Shown here: positions 49,347-58,382 of the stretch, in pieces
Layout of the letters: the number at the start of each line of letters is the position of its first letter
Numbering within the stretch: the stretch's first letter is position 1
Origin: an uncultured Clostridium sp.
GTDB lineage: Bacteria > Bacillota > Clostridia > TANB77 > CAG-508
Assembly: GCA_947646915.1 (NCBI GenBank)
Contig: CANSII010000005.1
Coordinates: forward strand, 1,171-65,170
Direction: 5' to 3'
DNA: 64,000 nucleotides
Translations under genes and position numbers: made by a program
The notes under the pieces: model-generated
Told to the model about the DNA's origin: nothing
The model's input: the letters and a program-made list of their open reading frames with translations, nothing else
Databases searched by the model: none

Positions 49347-50132
49347 CTAAAAAATCTTTATATCTTGAATTCCATCTTTAGCAACATAATTTTGTTTTAC
49401 TTTTAGATCTTCCATCCATTTTCTAGTTTCTTTTGTTTTCCAAGGTCCAGAATCCTCTGCTCCATTTGCATTATTATTCCATAACCATTCAGGGGTTGGC
49501 CATAAACATATTTTAGGTTTTACTATTTTATAGAATTCTTCTGTTGCACCACTTTGTCCATGATGTGCAACTTGTACAATATCTGCTTTTAAGTTTTCTC
49601 TTTGATTTTTTATTAATTTTTCACTACTTTCTACTCCAGTATCACCTAAAAATAATATTTTTTTATGATTTACTTTTATTTGAAAAACCATACTTTGATT
49701 ATTAATAGCATTATTTGTTATTTCTGGATTTTTAACTCCTAATATTTTAACAGCTACATTATCAATTTTTATGATGTCATTAATTTCAGGCTCTATGTCA
49801 ATTTCTATATTTTTATTTTCTGATATAACTTCAAATGCTCCTGCATGATCTATATGTGGGTGTGTTATAAACCAACAGTCTACTTTGCCTCCATTATCTT
49901 CAATATAGCTTTCTAATTGAGGAGCATCTTCTTTAGTTCCACCATCTATTACTATTATTTTTCCATTAATTGATTTAATTCCATATCCCATCATTTGTCT
50001 TGTTGATGATGGGGTAAATTGTGTTAAGTATATATAATTGTTTATTCTTTTTATGTAATATACTCCAAAGATTAGCATTACTGTTAAAAATACTATTATT
50101 AATATTTTTATAATTTTATTTTTTTCTTTCAT
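49347..50132 (-). CDS. membrane-anchored MBL-fold metallo-hydrolase
   Basis: THPHIDHAG motif and an N-terminal TM segment. Start taken at MKEKNK. The longer track ORF reads through repeat R1. Confidence 0.7.
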   Translation of the reverse strand: MKEKNKIIKILIIVFLTVMLIFGVYYIKRINNYIYLTQFTPSSTRQMMGYGIKSINGKIIVIDGGTKEDAPQLESYIEDNGGKVDCWFITHPHIDHAGAFEVISENKNIEIDIEPEINDIIKIDNVAVKILGVKNPEITNNAINNQSMVFQIKVNHKKILFLGDTGVESSEKLIKNQRENLKADIVQVAHHGQSGATEEFYKIVKPKICLWPTPEWLWNNNANGAEDSGPWKTKETRKWMEDLKVKQNYVAKDGIQDIKIF

Positions 50133-50145
50133 TATTAGTTTCATT

Positions 50146-50212
50146 CCTTTCGCTTCGCTCATCGTCATCAATGATTCTTTAAACTTCATTTGCCAACTCT
50201 TTGTTTTCGAAG
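50146..50212 (-). repeat. R1 leader repeat, degenerate short form, upstream of the MBL gene
   Basis: CCTTTCGCTTCGCTCATCGTCATC ... TTTGCCAACTCTTTGTTTTCGAAG. Confidence 0.5.
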
Positions 50213-50220
50213 TCATTTAT

Positions 50221-51531
50221 TCATATTTTTTTTACATTTATATCTGAATCTAGTCTATATAATCCAACACAGTCCTTATTAGATGTTATCTCTACTAATA
50301 AAGCATCATATTTTCTGCTTAATACTTCTAATTCTCCACTACTATTAAAATGTGTACAACTAAATGATAATGTATATTTGTTTGGTGCTAAGCTTAATTT
50401 TTGTCTAAATTCCGCAATTGCTGTATCACCTTTATTAAAATCTCCTGTTACTATTTTTTCTTGTACAGTATTTGTTCCCATCATATCTAATCCTTTAAAA
50501 TCTTTTACTGTCATTGTAAAAATAGGGTCAGTGACCTTTTCATTAAATATTACTTTTGATTTTAATATAACTTCTTTATCATTTTCAATTGATGTTATGA
50601 TATTTCCATCTGTATCAAAAATTCCAAAATCAATTAAGTCTGCTTTTCCATTTCCATACTCAATTATATTTGGATTTATTGTATAATTTTTTTTCCATTC
50701 TTCCTGTTTATTATTTATTTTTTTTATTTTTATATCTTTTCTTTGTTCTACTTCAATTTTTTCTTTTTTTTCTATTTGTTCTCTATCTTCATCTAATTTT
50801 ACAATTATCTTTTTGTATCTTTCAACTCCTCCTTTTACATCACCATCATATATTTTTTCGCCACCATTTATGATAATTGCTCTTGTACAATTTCTTATAA
50901 CATCTGTAACATTATGAGTAACAAAAAGAATTGTTTTTCCTTTTTCTTTAAATTGTTCGAATTTCTTAAAACATTTTAATTGAAACGCCATATCTCCAAC
51001 AGATAAAACTTCATCTACAATTAATACTTCTGGATCAACATTTATTGCACAAGCGAATGCAAGCCTTGCAAACATTCCTGAAGAATATGTTTTTATAGGT
51101 TGATATAAATGCTCTCCAATATCTGCAAACTCTATAATATCTTGTTTACTGGCTTCTATCTGCTCTTCTGTTAGCCCCATAACTTGTCCATGTTGATAAA
51201 TGTTTTCAAGTCCTGTTAATTCAGAATTAAATGCAGCTCCTAATTCAAGTAATGAGCTTATTTTTCCTTTTACTTTGAGTTCTCCACTTGTTGGTGTTAC
51301 AACTCCTGTTATCATTTTTAATAGTGTCGATTTTCCTGCTCCATTTTTTCCAAGAATTCCTAAAACTTCTCCTTTTTTTAATTCTAAATCTAATCCATTA
51401 ATAGCACAAAATGTCTCATGATTGCTGTAAAAAGGTAGAATAGTTTCTAATAGTCTTGCTTTTTTACTTTTATACATTTTATATTCTTTTCTTAGTTTTT
51501 TAATTTCAATTACATTTTCTTCTTTTTCCAT
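50221..51531 (-). CDS. polysaccharide/teichoic-acid export ABC ATPase (TagH/Wzt-like) with a C-terminal beta-sandwich extension
   Basis: Walker A GKNGAGKST, signature YSSGM and Walker B LIVDE, plus a C-terminal domain of about 190 aa resembling a Wzt carbohydrate-binding domain. Confidence 0.85.
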   Translation of the reverse strand: MEKEENVIEIKKLRKEYKMYKSKKARLLETILPFYSNHETFCAINGLDLELKKGEVLGILGKNGAGKSTLLKMITGVVTPTSGELKVKGKISSLLELGAAFNSELTGLENIYQHGQVMGLTEEQIEASKQDIIEFADIGEHLYQPIKTYSSGMFARLAFACAINVDPEVLIVDEVLSVGDMAFQLKCFKKFEQFKEKGKTILFVTHNVTDVIRNCTRAIIINGGEKIYDGDVKGGVERYKKIIVKLDEDREQIEKKEKIEVEQRKDIKIKKINNKQEEWKKNYTINPNIIEYGNGKADLIDFGIFDTDGNIITSIENDKEVILKSKVIFNEKVTDPIFTMTVKDFKGLDMMGTNTVQEKIVTGDFNKGDTAIAEFRQKLSLAPNKYTLSFSCTHFNSSGELEVLSRKYDALLVEITSNKDCVGLYRLDSDINVKKI

Positions 51532-51540
51532 TTTTACTAT

Positions 51541-51681
51541 CCCTTCACTTCGCTTGTTTTACTCCGCTCGTTCATCGTCATCCAATCTAATGTATACAGA
51601 ATTTATTTCATAAATTCTGCATAAGATATCTGTATTTCGCTTTGCTCAAACAGCTATCTTAATTTTTTGTCTTCCAAATCT
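51541..51681 (-). repeat. R1 leader repeat, long form, upstream of the ABC ATPase gene
   Basis: CCCTTCACTTCGCTT...CCGCTCGTTCATCGTCATCC + hairpin + TTGTCTTCCAAATCTTT. Confidence 0.75.
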
Positions 51682-52680
51682 TTATCTTGTCCTTTTTTTT
51701 AATAGCCTTAAAATACAATACCTTATTTTAAATATTGGCTTTCCTAATAAAGGCAAATTCATTATAACAAAATTCATAATATAATATTTTAAATTTTCTG
51801 TCTTATATAATTTATGATATATATTCCAGTGTCTAAAATTCAAATTTTTCTTTTTTTGTATCATTTTAAAATATTTTAAGCTATCTATATTCAATTTTTG
51901 AATAGATTTTGGAAATCTATCATTATTTTCTACATATGTTCCAAAAACACCTAGTTTTACATTAATAAAATGTTCTCTTACTTGCTCTATTTTACTAAAT
52001 CCATGAGAAATTTTATTTGTTCCAACTTGATTATTCCCATGTTGCCTATATTTAATATACTTTTCTGACATATATGCTAATTTTCCATTTAATGCAACTA
52101 TTAATCCAATCCAATGATCATGTATCAAGAATTTTGAATTTTGAGGTAATGGTAGTATCTTATCAATATATGTTTTCTTTGATAAAACTGTACATCCAGT
52201 CACACAATTATATAAATAATTGACTTTATAACTATTTATATATTTTTTTATTTTTTTATTTAATAACATAAAATCTCCAAAAGATGGATATATTGTATTT
52301 AAAGTTTTATCAACAACTTCTAAATCTCCAAAAACTAAATCTGCATTTTCCTTTTTTAATTTTTCTATAGATTTTTCCGCTTTTTCTTTAAGCCATACAT
52401 CATCTTGATCTGAAAGCATATAAAAATCATTTGTTACTTGTTTTAATAAAAATTCTATGTTTTTTACAACACCTAAATTTGTTTTTTGAAGATACACTTT
52501 AACTCTATCATCAATTTTTTCATATTTTTTTAAAATATTAGGTGTATCATCTTTAGAGCAATCATCTGATATTATTAAATTAAAATTTTTATATGTCTGA
52601 TTTAATATACTTTTTATTTGTTCATCTACATATTTTTCACCATTATATGTAGCTAACAAAATATCTATTTTTTCGTCCAT
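51682..52680 (-). CDS. GT2 glycosyltransferase (rhamnosyltransferase-like), paralog of 57110..58102
   Basis: IDILLATYNGEKY...ISDDCS...SDQDDVW. Confidence 0.8.
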   Translation of the reverse strand: MDEKIDILLATYNGEKYVDEQIKSILNQTYKNFNLIISDDCSKDDTPNILKKYEKIDDRVKVYLQKTNLGVVKNIEFLLKQVTNDFYMLSDQDDVWLKEKAEKSIEKLKKENADLVFGDLEVVDKTLNTIYPSFGDFMLLNKKIKKYINSYKVNYLYNCVTGCTVLSKKTYIDKILPLPQNSKFLIHDHWIGLIVALNGKLAYMSEKYIKYRQHGNNQVGTNKISHGFSKIEQVREHFINVKLGVFGTYVENNDRFPKSIQKLNIDSLKYFKMIQKKKNLNFRHWNIYHKLYKTENLKYYIMNFVIMNLPLLGKPIFKIRYCILRLLKKRTR

Positions 52681-52689
52681 TAATTCTCC

Positions 52690-53481
52690 TTATAATACAT
52701 CTGCAAAATCTTTCTTATTTTTATTAAAAATATGGTTTCCCCATAAAAACATCAAAATTGTTATTATCCAAAAAATAATTGTGTACATTCCATTATTTGC
52801 TGTTATAATATTTTCGCCCATAAACGCTTGCCTAAAACCTGTTACTAAATATGTAAAAGGCATATATTGCATTAATTTTAACATTGTTTGATGATTTTCA
52901 AGTCTTGTTAAGCTCCATATTACTGGTGTTGCCCAAAAAAATAATTGCATTAATATTCCTAATAAATTTGAAAAATCTGGTACAAGAGTTGTTATTGCTG
53001 ATGTTAATCTTGTAAATGCTATAATAAATGCGTATGTTGCAAAAATAATATATAATATAATCCATACATTAGGCATAAACTTAAATATTATACAAACTAT
53101 AATAGCTATTATAAGTAAAAATATTGACACAAAACTACTTCCTATTAGAGATACAATTGGAATAATGTCAACTGGAAATACCACTTTCTTAACTAAATAA
53201 CTATAATTTCTTATTGCACCACTTGCACTCATAATACTATCATTTAAACATTGCCATATAGCCATACCTGGTAAAAACCATACAATATATGGTGCTCCAC
53301 CTTCTCCTGGTGTTTGAAATATAAATTGAAATACAAATACATACATCATCATAAATATAAATGGTTGCAAAAAGCCCCATATGCTTCCTAAGCTTGTACT
53401 TGCAAATCTATTTTTAAAGTCACTTTTTCCTAGTTTCCATATTATATTTTTATTTTTCCATACAGCTTTTATAAAATCCAT
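52690..53481 (-). CDS. ABC-2 type polysaccharide/teichoic-acid export permease (TagG/Wzm-like)
   Basis: 263 aa with 6 TM segments and an ABC-2 fold, adjacent to the ATPase. Confidence 0.85.
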   Translation of the reverse strand: MDFIKAVWKNKNIIWKLGKSDFKNRFASTSLGSIWGFLQPFIFMMMYVFVFQFIFQTPGEGGAPYIVWFLPGMAIWQCLNDSIMSASGAIRNYSYLVKKVVFPVDIIPIVSLIGSSFVSIFLLIIAIIVCIIFKFMPNVWIILYIIFATYAFIIAFTRLTSAITTLVPDFSNLLGILMQLFFWATPVIWSLTRLENHQTMLKLMQYMPFTYLVTGFRQAFMGENIITANNGMYTIIFWIITILMFLWGNHIFNKNKKDFADVL

Positions 53482-53541
53482 TATGTTTCCACTCCTTTTT
53501 ATACTATATCCTATATTAAAAATAAATTTTTGTCAATACAA

Positions 53542-53605
53542 ATGTCCAAAAGGAAACGTCCCCAATGGACAAAAATGTCCAAAAGGGACGATTCCTTTTG
53601 GACAT
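53542..53605. repeat. R3 small palindromic element, double copy
   Basis: ATGTCCAAAAGGAAACGTCCCCAATGGACA + ATGTCCAAAAGG-gacgatt-CCTTTTGGACAT (12-bp perfect stem). Confidence 0.7.
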
Positions 53606-53606
53606 T

Positions 53607-54323
53607 TTAAAATAATTCAACAATACTATTAAATATCTCTTCATTAGTCAACTGATTCTTACTATTTTCATTAATAAACACTATCATCTTATTATCATCT
53701 TGAAAATATTCATAAGTTTGAAATTTATCCATTTTTTCAAAAGTATAATTCCAAATATCACCTGATAATTCATCAACAATATAGCAAACACTTGAAACAT
53801 CTAAAATATACTGTTTATCTCCATTAATAATTTTATCTATTTTCTTATCTATATCATTTTGCTTATTTTTTTCTTGTATTCTTAAATATCCATTATTATC
53901 TATGGTATATTTAGAATTAACATTCTCATTATTAAATAAATTTAAAATTTTATCTCTACTATCCTTTTCAATCCATATACCATTTTCTTTTGGTAAATTT
54001 TCATTTAGTATAGTATCTAATTCTTCCATTGTTGGAACTGATTTTTTTATCATTCCAGCAAATGCTACTTTATATTTTATATTTGCTTTTACTGTTAATA
54101 CTTGTCTACCATCAAATTCTTGTTGAACTTCATATATTTCAGTATTTCCTGTCAATCCTGTTTCTTCTTTTAATTCTTCTACAGTTGCTATATTTTGAGC
54201 CGAATCTTTTTCTTTATTTTGTTCTTCTTTTTTTATTATTTTAAAAAAAATACATATAAAAATTATTACTAATATTATTAATATTACACTTATAATTGTT
54301 TTCTTATTATCTTTCACTACCAT
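53607..54323 (-). CDS. hypothetical membrane-anchored protein
   Basis: 238 aa with an N-terminal TM segment. No family recognised. Confidence 0.45.
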   Translation of the reverse strand: MVVKDNKKTIISVILIILVIIFICIFFKIIKKEEQNKEKDSAQNIATVEELKEETGLTGNTEIYEVQQEFDGRQVLTVKANIKYKVAFAGMIKKSVPTMEELDTILNENLPKENGIWIEKDSRDKILNLFNNENVNSKYTIDNNGYLRIQEKNKQNDIDKKIDKIINGDKQYILDVSSVCYIVDELSGDIWNYTFEKMDKFQTYEYFQDDNKMIVFINENSKNQLTNEEIFNSIVELF

Positions 54324-54350
54324 AAACCTCCTAGTAAAATTTATACAAAA

Positions 54351-54385
54351 CCAAATAATATTAATTTGACTTGTATTAAAATTTT
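54351..54385 (+). repeat. R2 MITE-like repeat, left-end fragment only
   Basis: CCAAATAATATTAATTTGAC... Confidence 0.35.
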
Positions 54386-54455
54386 TTTACAATCCTATAA
54401 ATGTCAGAACTTAGATATAAATTCACATCTAAACTCTGACACTTAATAACAATAA

Positions 54456-57005
54456 TTATATATTTCTTAGCATATCTAATGTTGCTTCAATATATCTATT
54501 AGGGAAGTTTTTATTCAAAACAGCTTCATGCCCAGTAACACCTGAATGTGGTAACTCTATTAAAGCCGCTTTAGCATTTCTAGTTGAAGATCCTAAAGAT
54601 AATCTTGCCCAATTAACCAAATAACCTGTTCCATATCTACCAACTGCAGAACTATCATTTTCAGGGAACTGTTTACCATAGAATGAACAAATTGTAGGAT
54701 CTCCTATTAATTGTTGTGTCCATCCATGTAAGTCAACTAAAACAGTTTGTCCATTTTGTGATTTATTATTTAGTAAGAAATTTCTTAATGCTTGTGCTTC
54801 ATATGCTTGAAATCCTTCTGTACCATTGTAATTTCTATTATCAGTATATCGTGTATATGAATTACCAACTTGCCAACATCTATTTAAGTCTATTCCTTTA
54901 TGATTAGGTGCTTGACTGTATAATGTTGTTCTTCCAGGTCCATTATTTGTGTTTCCATGTCTTAATCCATCTTGATTTACACCAGGGAATAAATATATTG
55001 TCCATTTATCAGCAATACTATTATCATTACTATCTATTAGTCTTTGATAGAATTTATTTGCTATTTCAACTAATTCAGTTCCATCTTTCCACCATAAATC
55101 TTCAAATCCATGTATTGCAAAAGTTCCAAAAAATACATTTGGTCCAGTTCCAAATTGATAATATTCTAGATCGGATCCTCTTGCATCTCCTGCTACTTTT
55201 AATCCTGAATATCCATAAGTTCCTTTAGTATAAAAAACTCTTTTTTGTATTGTAAATGGTTGTTCTAACTCTTTTATTACATTATTATTATGTATAGCTT
55301 GTACTTTTATAGAATGTGTTCCTAAAGAATATTGAGAAAAATCAACATCTATCTCAAATCCTGGTGCAGTATTATATAAGTTTTCATCTCCAAATCCTTT
55401 TTTTGAATTTATAACATCAACTCTTGCTGTTCTTTGTAGTTTACTTAAATCTATTTCTTTATTATCAATAAATATTTTTAATCCTACATCTCGAAATGTT
55501 GTCATTACCCAGCCTTTTACTTTACAAACTTCATTGTAAATAGTGTTTACTGGACTATCTATATACATGTCTGTTCTATTTAATGTTACTTTTGGAACTA
55601 TTTTTATTTCTATAGCTTCTAATTGTTTTGCTAAACTTTGTGTTCCTGAGGTTTCTCCATCATAGCACCAATCTTGCCACCCTACATCTGAAATATGTGT
55701 TCTATACATAATAGAATATTCTGTTGTTCCTTCTAATTTTATTTTTATAGCTTCTAATCTTAATGCTCTTCCTTCTGTGCCAGCTGTTTCTCCTTCTGTT
55801 CTCCAATCCTGCCATCCTATTTCTGCTACATGTGTTTTATATTTTATATTAACACCTTCTGGTACATTTACTCCTTTTATTTTTATAGCTTCTAATTGTA
55901 ATGCTTTGCCTGATGTTCCTGACATTTCTCCATCATTTTTGTAGTCTTGCCATCCTATTTCTGATACATGTGAACTATATTGTACATGAAACCCTTTATC
56001 AATTTTTATTTTTTTACTATATGATTCTAATACCTTATTATCTGTAGTTACTAAATCTATTTTTAATAAGTGTTCTCCTGTAGTTGTACCAGTAATTGGT
56101 AAATCAAATTCAAATCCTGGCGTTGGATTTTCTTTTATTGTTCCATATCCTTTTACAAAACTTAAAACATCAGCTCTTCCTTTATAACTAATATTTTCAA
56201 TTTTTGTATCATCATATGTAACTTGAATTTTTGTATTAGATACATTTGCCAATTTCCAACCAGATACATTTATTGTTGTATCTCCATAATATAAATCTGA
56301 AATAGGTGTTTCAATATTTAATTTTCCTTTTGTAACTTTTTCAATTACTTTAATTTCTATAGCCTCTAATCTTAATGCTTTTCCTTCTGTTCCTGCTACC
56401 TCTCCATCATAACACCAGTTTTGCCATCCTATTTCTTCTACATGTACTCTATACATTACACTATATTTTTCTGTATTAGTTAATTCTATTTTTATAGCTT
56501 CTAGTCTTAATGCGCATCCTTCTGTTCCTGCTAAATCTCCATTTTGTTTCCAATCTTGCCATCCTATCTCTTCTACATGTGTTTGATATTTTATTCCTAT
56601 ATCTGATATTGTATCTAACTTTATTTTCATAGCCTCTAATCTTAATGCTTTTCCTGATGTTCCAGAAGTTTGTCCATCTTTTACTGAAAAATCTCTTTCC
56701 CATCCAATATCTTGTATATGTGAATTATACATAACGCTTAATTTTTCATTCTGTACATTCTTTTTATCTACTTCTAGTGTATTCTTTGTTTCTACTTTTG
56801 GTGTATTTTCTGTTTTTACTTGTTGTTCATCTTTTGCTTGTGTTTCTAAATCACTTTCTGTTTCTACTTGTATTTCTTTATTTGTATCAACAATGCTATT
56901 TACATCATTTGCATACTTGCTTCCAATACAGCCAAAAACAAGTGCTAACATTAACGTTATGCTTAAAAATATTTTTGTTATTTTTTCTGTTTTTATAAAT
57001 TTCAT
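54456..57005 (-). CDS. secreted ChW-repeat protein with C-terminal M14-like zinc carboxypeptidase domain
   Basis: Signal peptide and 3+3 ChW repeats with Ig-like modules. The C-terminus has HGFED, NQDG, IDLNRCW and VDLHGW, arranged like M14 peptidases. Confidence 0.75.
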   Translation of the reverse strand: MKFIKTEKITKIFLSITLMLALVFGCIGSKYANDVNSIVDTNKEIQVETESDLETQAKDEQQVKTENTPKVETKNTLEVDKKNVQNEKLSVMYNSHIQDIGWERDFSVKDGQTSGTSGKALRLEAMKIKLDTISDIGIKYQTHVEEIGWQDWKQNGDLAGTEGCALRLEAIKIELTNTEKYSVMYRVHVEEIGWQNWCYDGEVAGTEGKALRLEAIEIKVIEKVTKGKLNIETPISDLYYGDTTINVSGWKLANVSNTKIQVTYDDTKIENISYKGRADVLSFVKGYGTIKENPTPGFEFDLPITGTTTGEHLLKIDLVTTDNKVLESYSKKIKIDKGFHVQYSSHVSEIGWQDYKNDGEMSGTSGKALQLEAIKIKGVNVPEGVNIKYKTHVAEIGWQDWRTEGETAGTEGRALRLEAIKIKLEGTTEYSIMYRTHISDVGWQDWCYDGETSGTQSLAKQLEAIEIKIVPKVTLNRTDMYIDSPVNTIYNEVCKVKGWVMTTFRDVGLKIFIDNKEIDLSKLQRTARVDVINSKKGFGDENLYNTAPGFEIDVDFSQYSLGTHSIKVQAIHNNNVIKELEQPFTIQKRVFYTKGTYGYSGLKVAGDARGSDLEYYQFGTGPNVFFGTFAIHGFEDLWWKDGTELVEIANKFYQRLIDSNDNSIADKWTIYLFPGVNQDGLRHGNTNNGPGRTTLYSQAPNHKGIDLNRCWQVGNSYTRYTDNRNYNGTEGFQAYEAQALRNFLLNNKSQNGQTVLVDLHGWTQQLIGDPTICSFYGKQFPENDSSAVGRYGTGYLVNWARLSLGSSTRNAKAALIELPHSGVTGHEAVLNKNFPNRYIEATLDMLRNI

Positions 57006-57109
57006 TTGTTATCCCCCTTTATTATTCATCTTATATATTTATATTTCGAAATTCAAAGCTTCATATTTTATCCTGTACAATAAAATGCCATTAAATAACC
57101 GTAAACTAC

Positions 57110-58102
57110 CTATATAAATATAAACAATATGTAACTCAATAATGGAAAATGTAATATCATAATTTCCTTAAATGCTCTCTTTTTTATACCTCTAAAATAT
57201 AAATATTTAAAATATTTATGGATTGGTAAATATAAAAATGTAGATTTTTGAGCTTTTTTATAATATTTCACAACATCTTCTTCTATATCTTGTAATTTGT
57301 TATTTTCTAAATTTTTACTATATTCTTTACACATCAAGACTCCTGCTAAATAAGTTTCAGTAATAACTTTGTATCTATATTTAGAATATGAACTATAGCT
57401 TTTACCATTTTCTTTTTTCCATATTTCCATATTTTGCTTAAAGCTTCTACCACCAAAAATGTTATTTCCATGAAGCCTATATCCAAAAAGAGGTTCATCT
57501 ATACAATATATACCTTTCATATTACTTGCTATATAAGTTGAATGCCAGTCATGTGCAAAAGTATTTTCTGTAAATGGTAACATCTTTTCTTTTACATTTT
57601 TTGTAATCATTTGACTACATCCTATTGCTATATGCCTAGAAAATGGTAGTATAAAATTATTGCCACTTAATATTGGCATATTTTTATATCTTAAATAGCT
57701 ATCATGTAAGATATTTCCATTCTCATCGATTTGTTTTGCATCGCAATATATTAAATCAACATCTTTTTTTTTCATTATTAATAAACTTTTTTCTATTTTG
57801 TTTGGATACCATATATCATCATGGTCTGAAAATGCTATATAATCTGCTGTTGATTGTTCTAGTAAAAATTCAAAACTACTTGTACATCCTAAATTTTGTG
57901 GTTGTATATATAGTTTTATTCTTTTGTCTTTTTTTTCATATTCTTTTAATATTTTTCTTACTTCTTCATTTGGTGAACAGTCATCTGATATTATTAAATT
58001 AAAATTTTTATGTGTTTGATTTAATATGCTATCTATTTGTTGTTTTAAATATTCTTCTTTTGTATTATATGTTGTTAATAAAATATCTACTTTATCTTCC
58101 AT
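57110..58102 (-). CDS. GT2 glycosyltransferase (rhamnosyltransferase-like)
   Basis: VDILLTTYNTKEEY...ISDDCS...SDHDDIW. Confidence 0.8.
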   Translation of the reverse strand: MEDKVDILLTTYNTKEEYLKQQIDSILNQTHKNFNLIISDDCSPNEEVRKILKEYEKKDKRIKLYIQPQNLGCTSSFEFLLEQSTADYIAFSDHDDIWYPNKIEKSLLIMKKKDVDLIYCDAKQIDENGNILHDSYLRYKNMPILSGNNFILPFSRHIAIGCSQMITKNVKEKMLPFTENTFAHDWHSTYIASNMKGIYCIDEPLFGYRLHGNNIFGGRSFKQNMEIWKKENGKSYSSYSKYRYKVITETYLAGVLMCKEYSKNLENNKLQDIEEDVVKYYKKAQKSTFLYLPIHKYFKYLYFRGIKKRAFKEIMILHFPLLSYILFIFI

Positions 58103-58173
58103 TTTTATTCCTTTTTTATTCTTACAATTTTATTTTATTCTTTTAAAACTATTTTGTCAATGTAAATTTTTAT

Positions 58174-58220
58174 TTAAGTTTCGGCTTTTTGCAAAAATAT
58201 ATTATTTAGAAAAAAGATAT
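58174..58220. repeat. R4 repeat copy (left half plus spacer)
   Basis: TTTAAGTTTCGGCTTTTTGCAAAAATATATTATTTAGAAAAAAGATAT aligns with 8908..8955. Confidence 0.4.
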
Positions 58221-58230
58221 ATATTATTCA

Positions 58231-58340
58231 GCTTTGTTTTCCATGGCGTTTAAGATATTGAACATTCAAACCTTAGAGACACAATATAATGACTTAAAGT
58301 AAATAACGACTCACTGTCAAACTCGCTTTATAATATATAT
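58231..58340 (-). repeat. R2 MITE-like repeat, degenerate, reverse orientation
   Basis: The reverse complement contains GAGTTTGACAGTGAGTCGTTATTTAC...CAATATCTTAAACGCCATGGAAAAC. Confidence 0.5.
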
Positions 58341-58382
58341 CTTTTTTCTATAATAAAGTTTGAAAAATAAAAAAACTAAAAC

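Noticed and set aside
53381-53632. An 83-aa plus-strand ORF ending in CPKGNVPNGQKCPKGTIPFGHF.
   Set aside because: It overlaps the TagG start antisense, and the Cys/Pro/Gly part is just a read-through of the R3 palindrome.
56476-56703. Arg-rich alternative-frame ORFs on the minus strand (also 58765..58956, 59969..60199 and 9811..10104).
   Set aside because: They are out-of-frame overlaps of well-supported genes (ChW protein, both ackA copies, permease). Their composition is an artefact of the frame shift.
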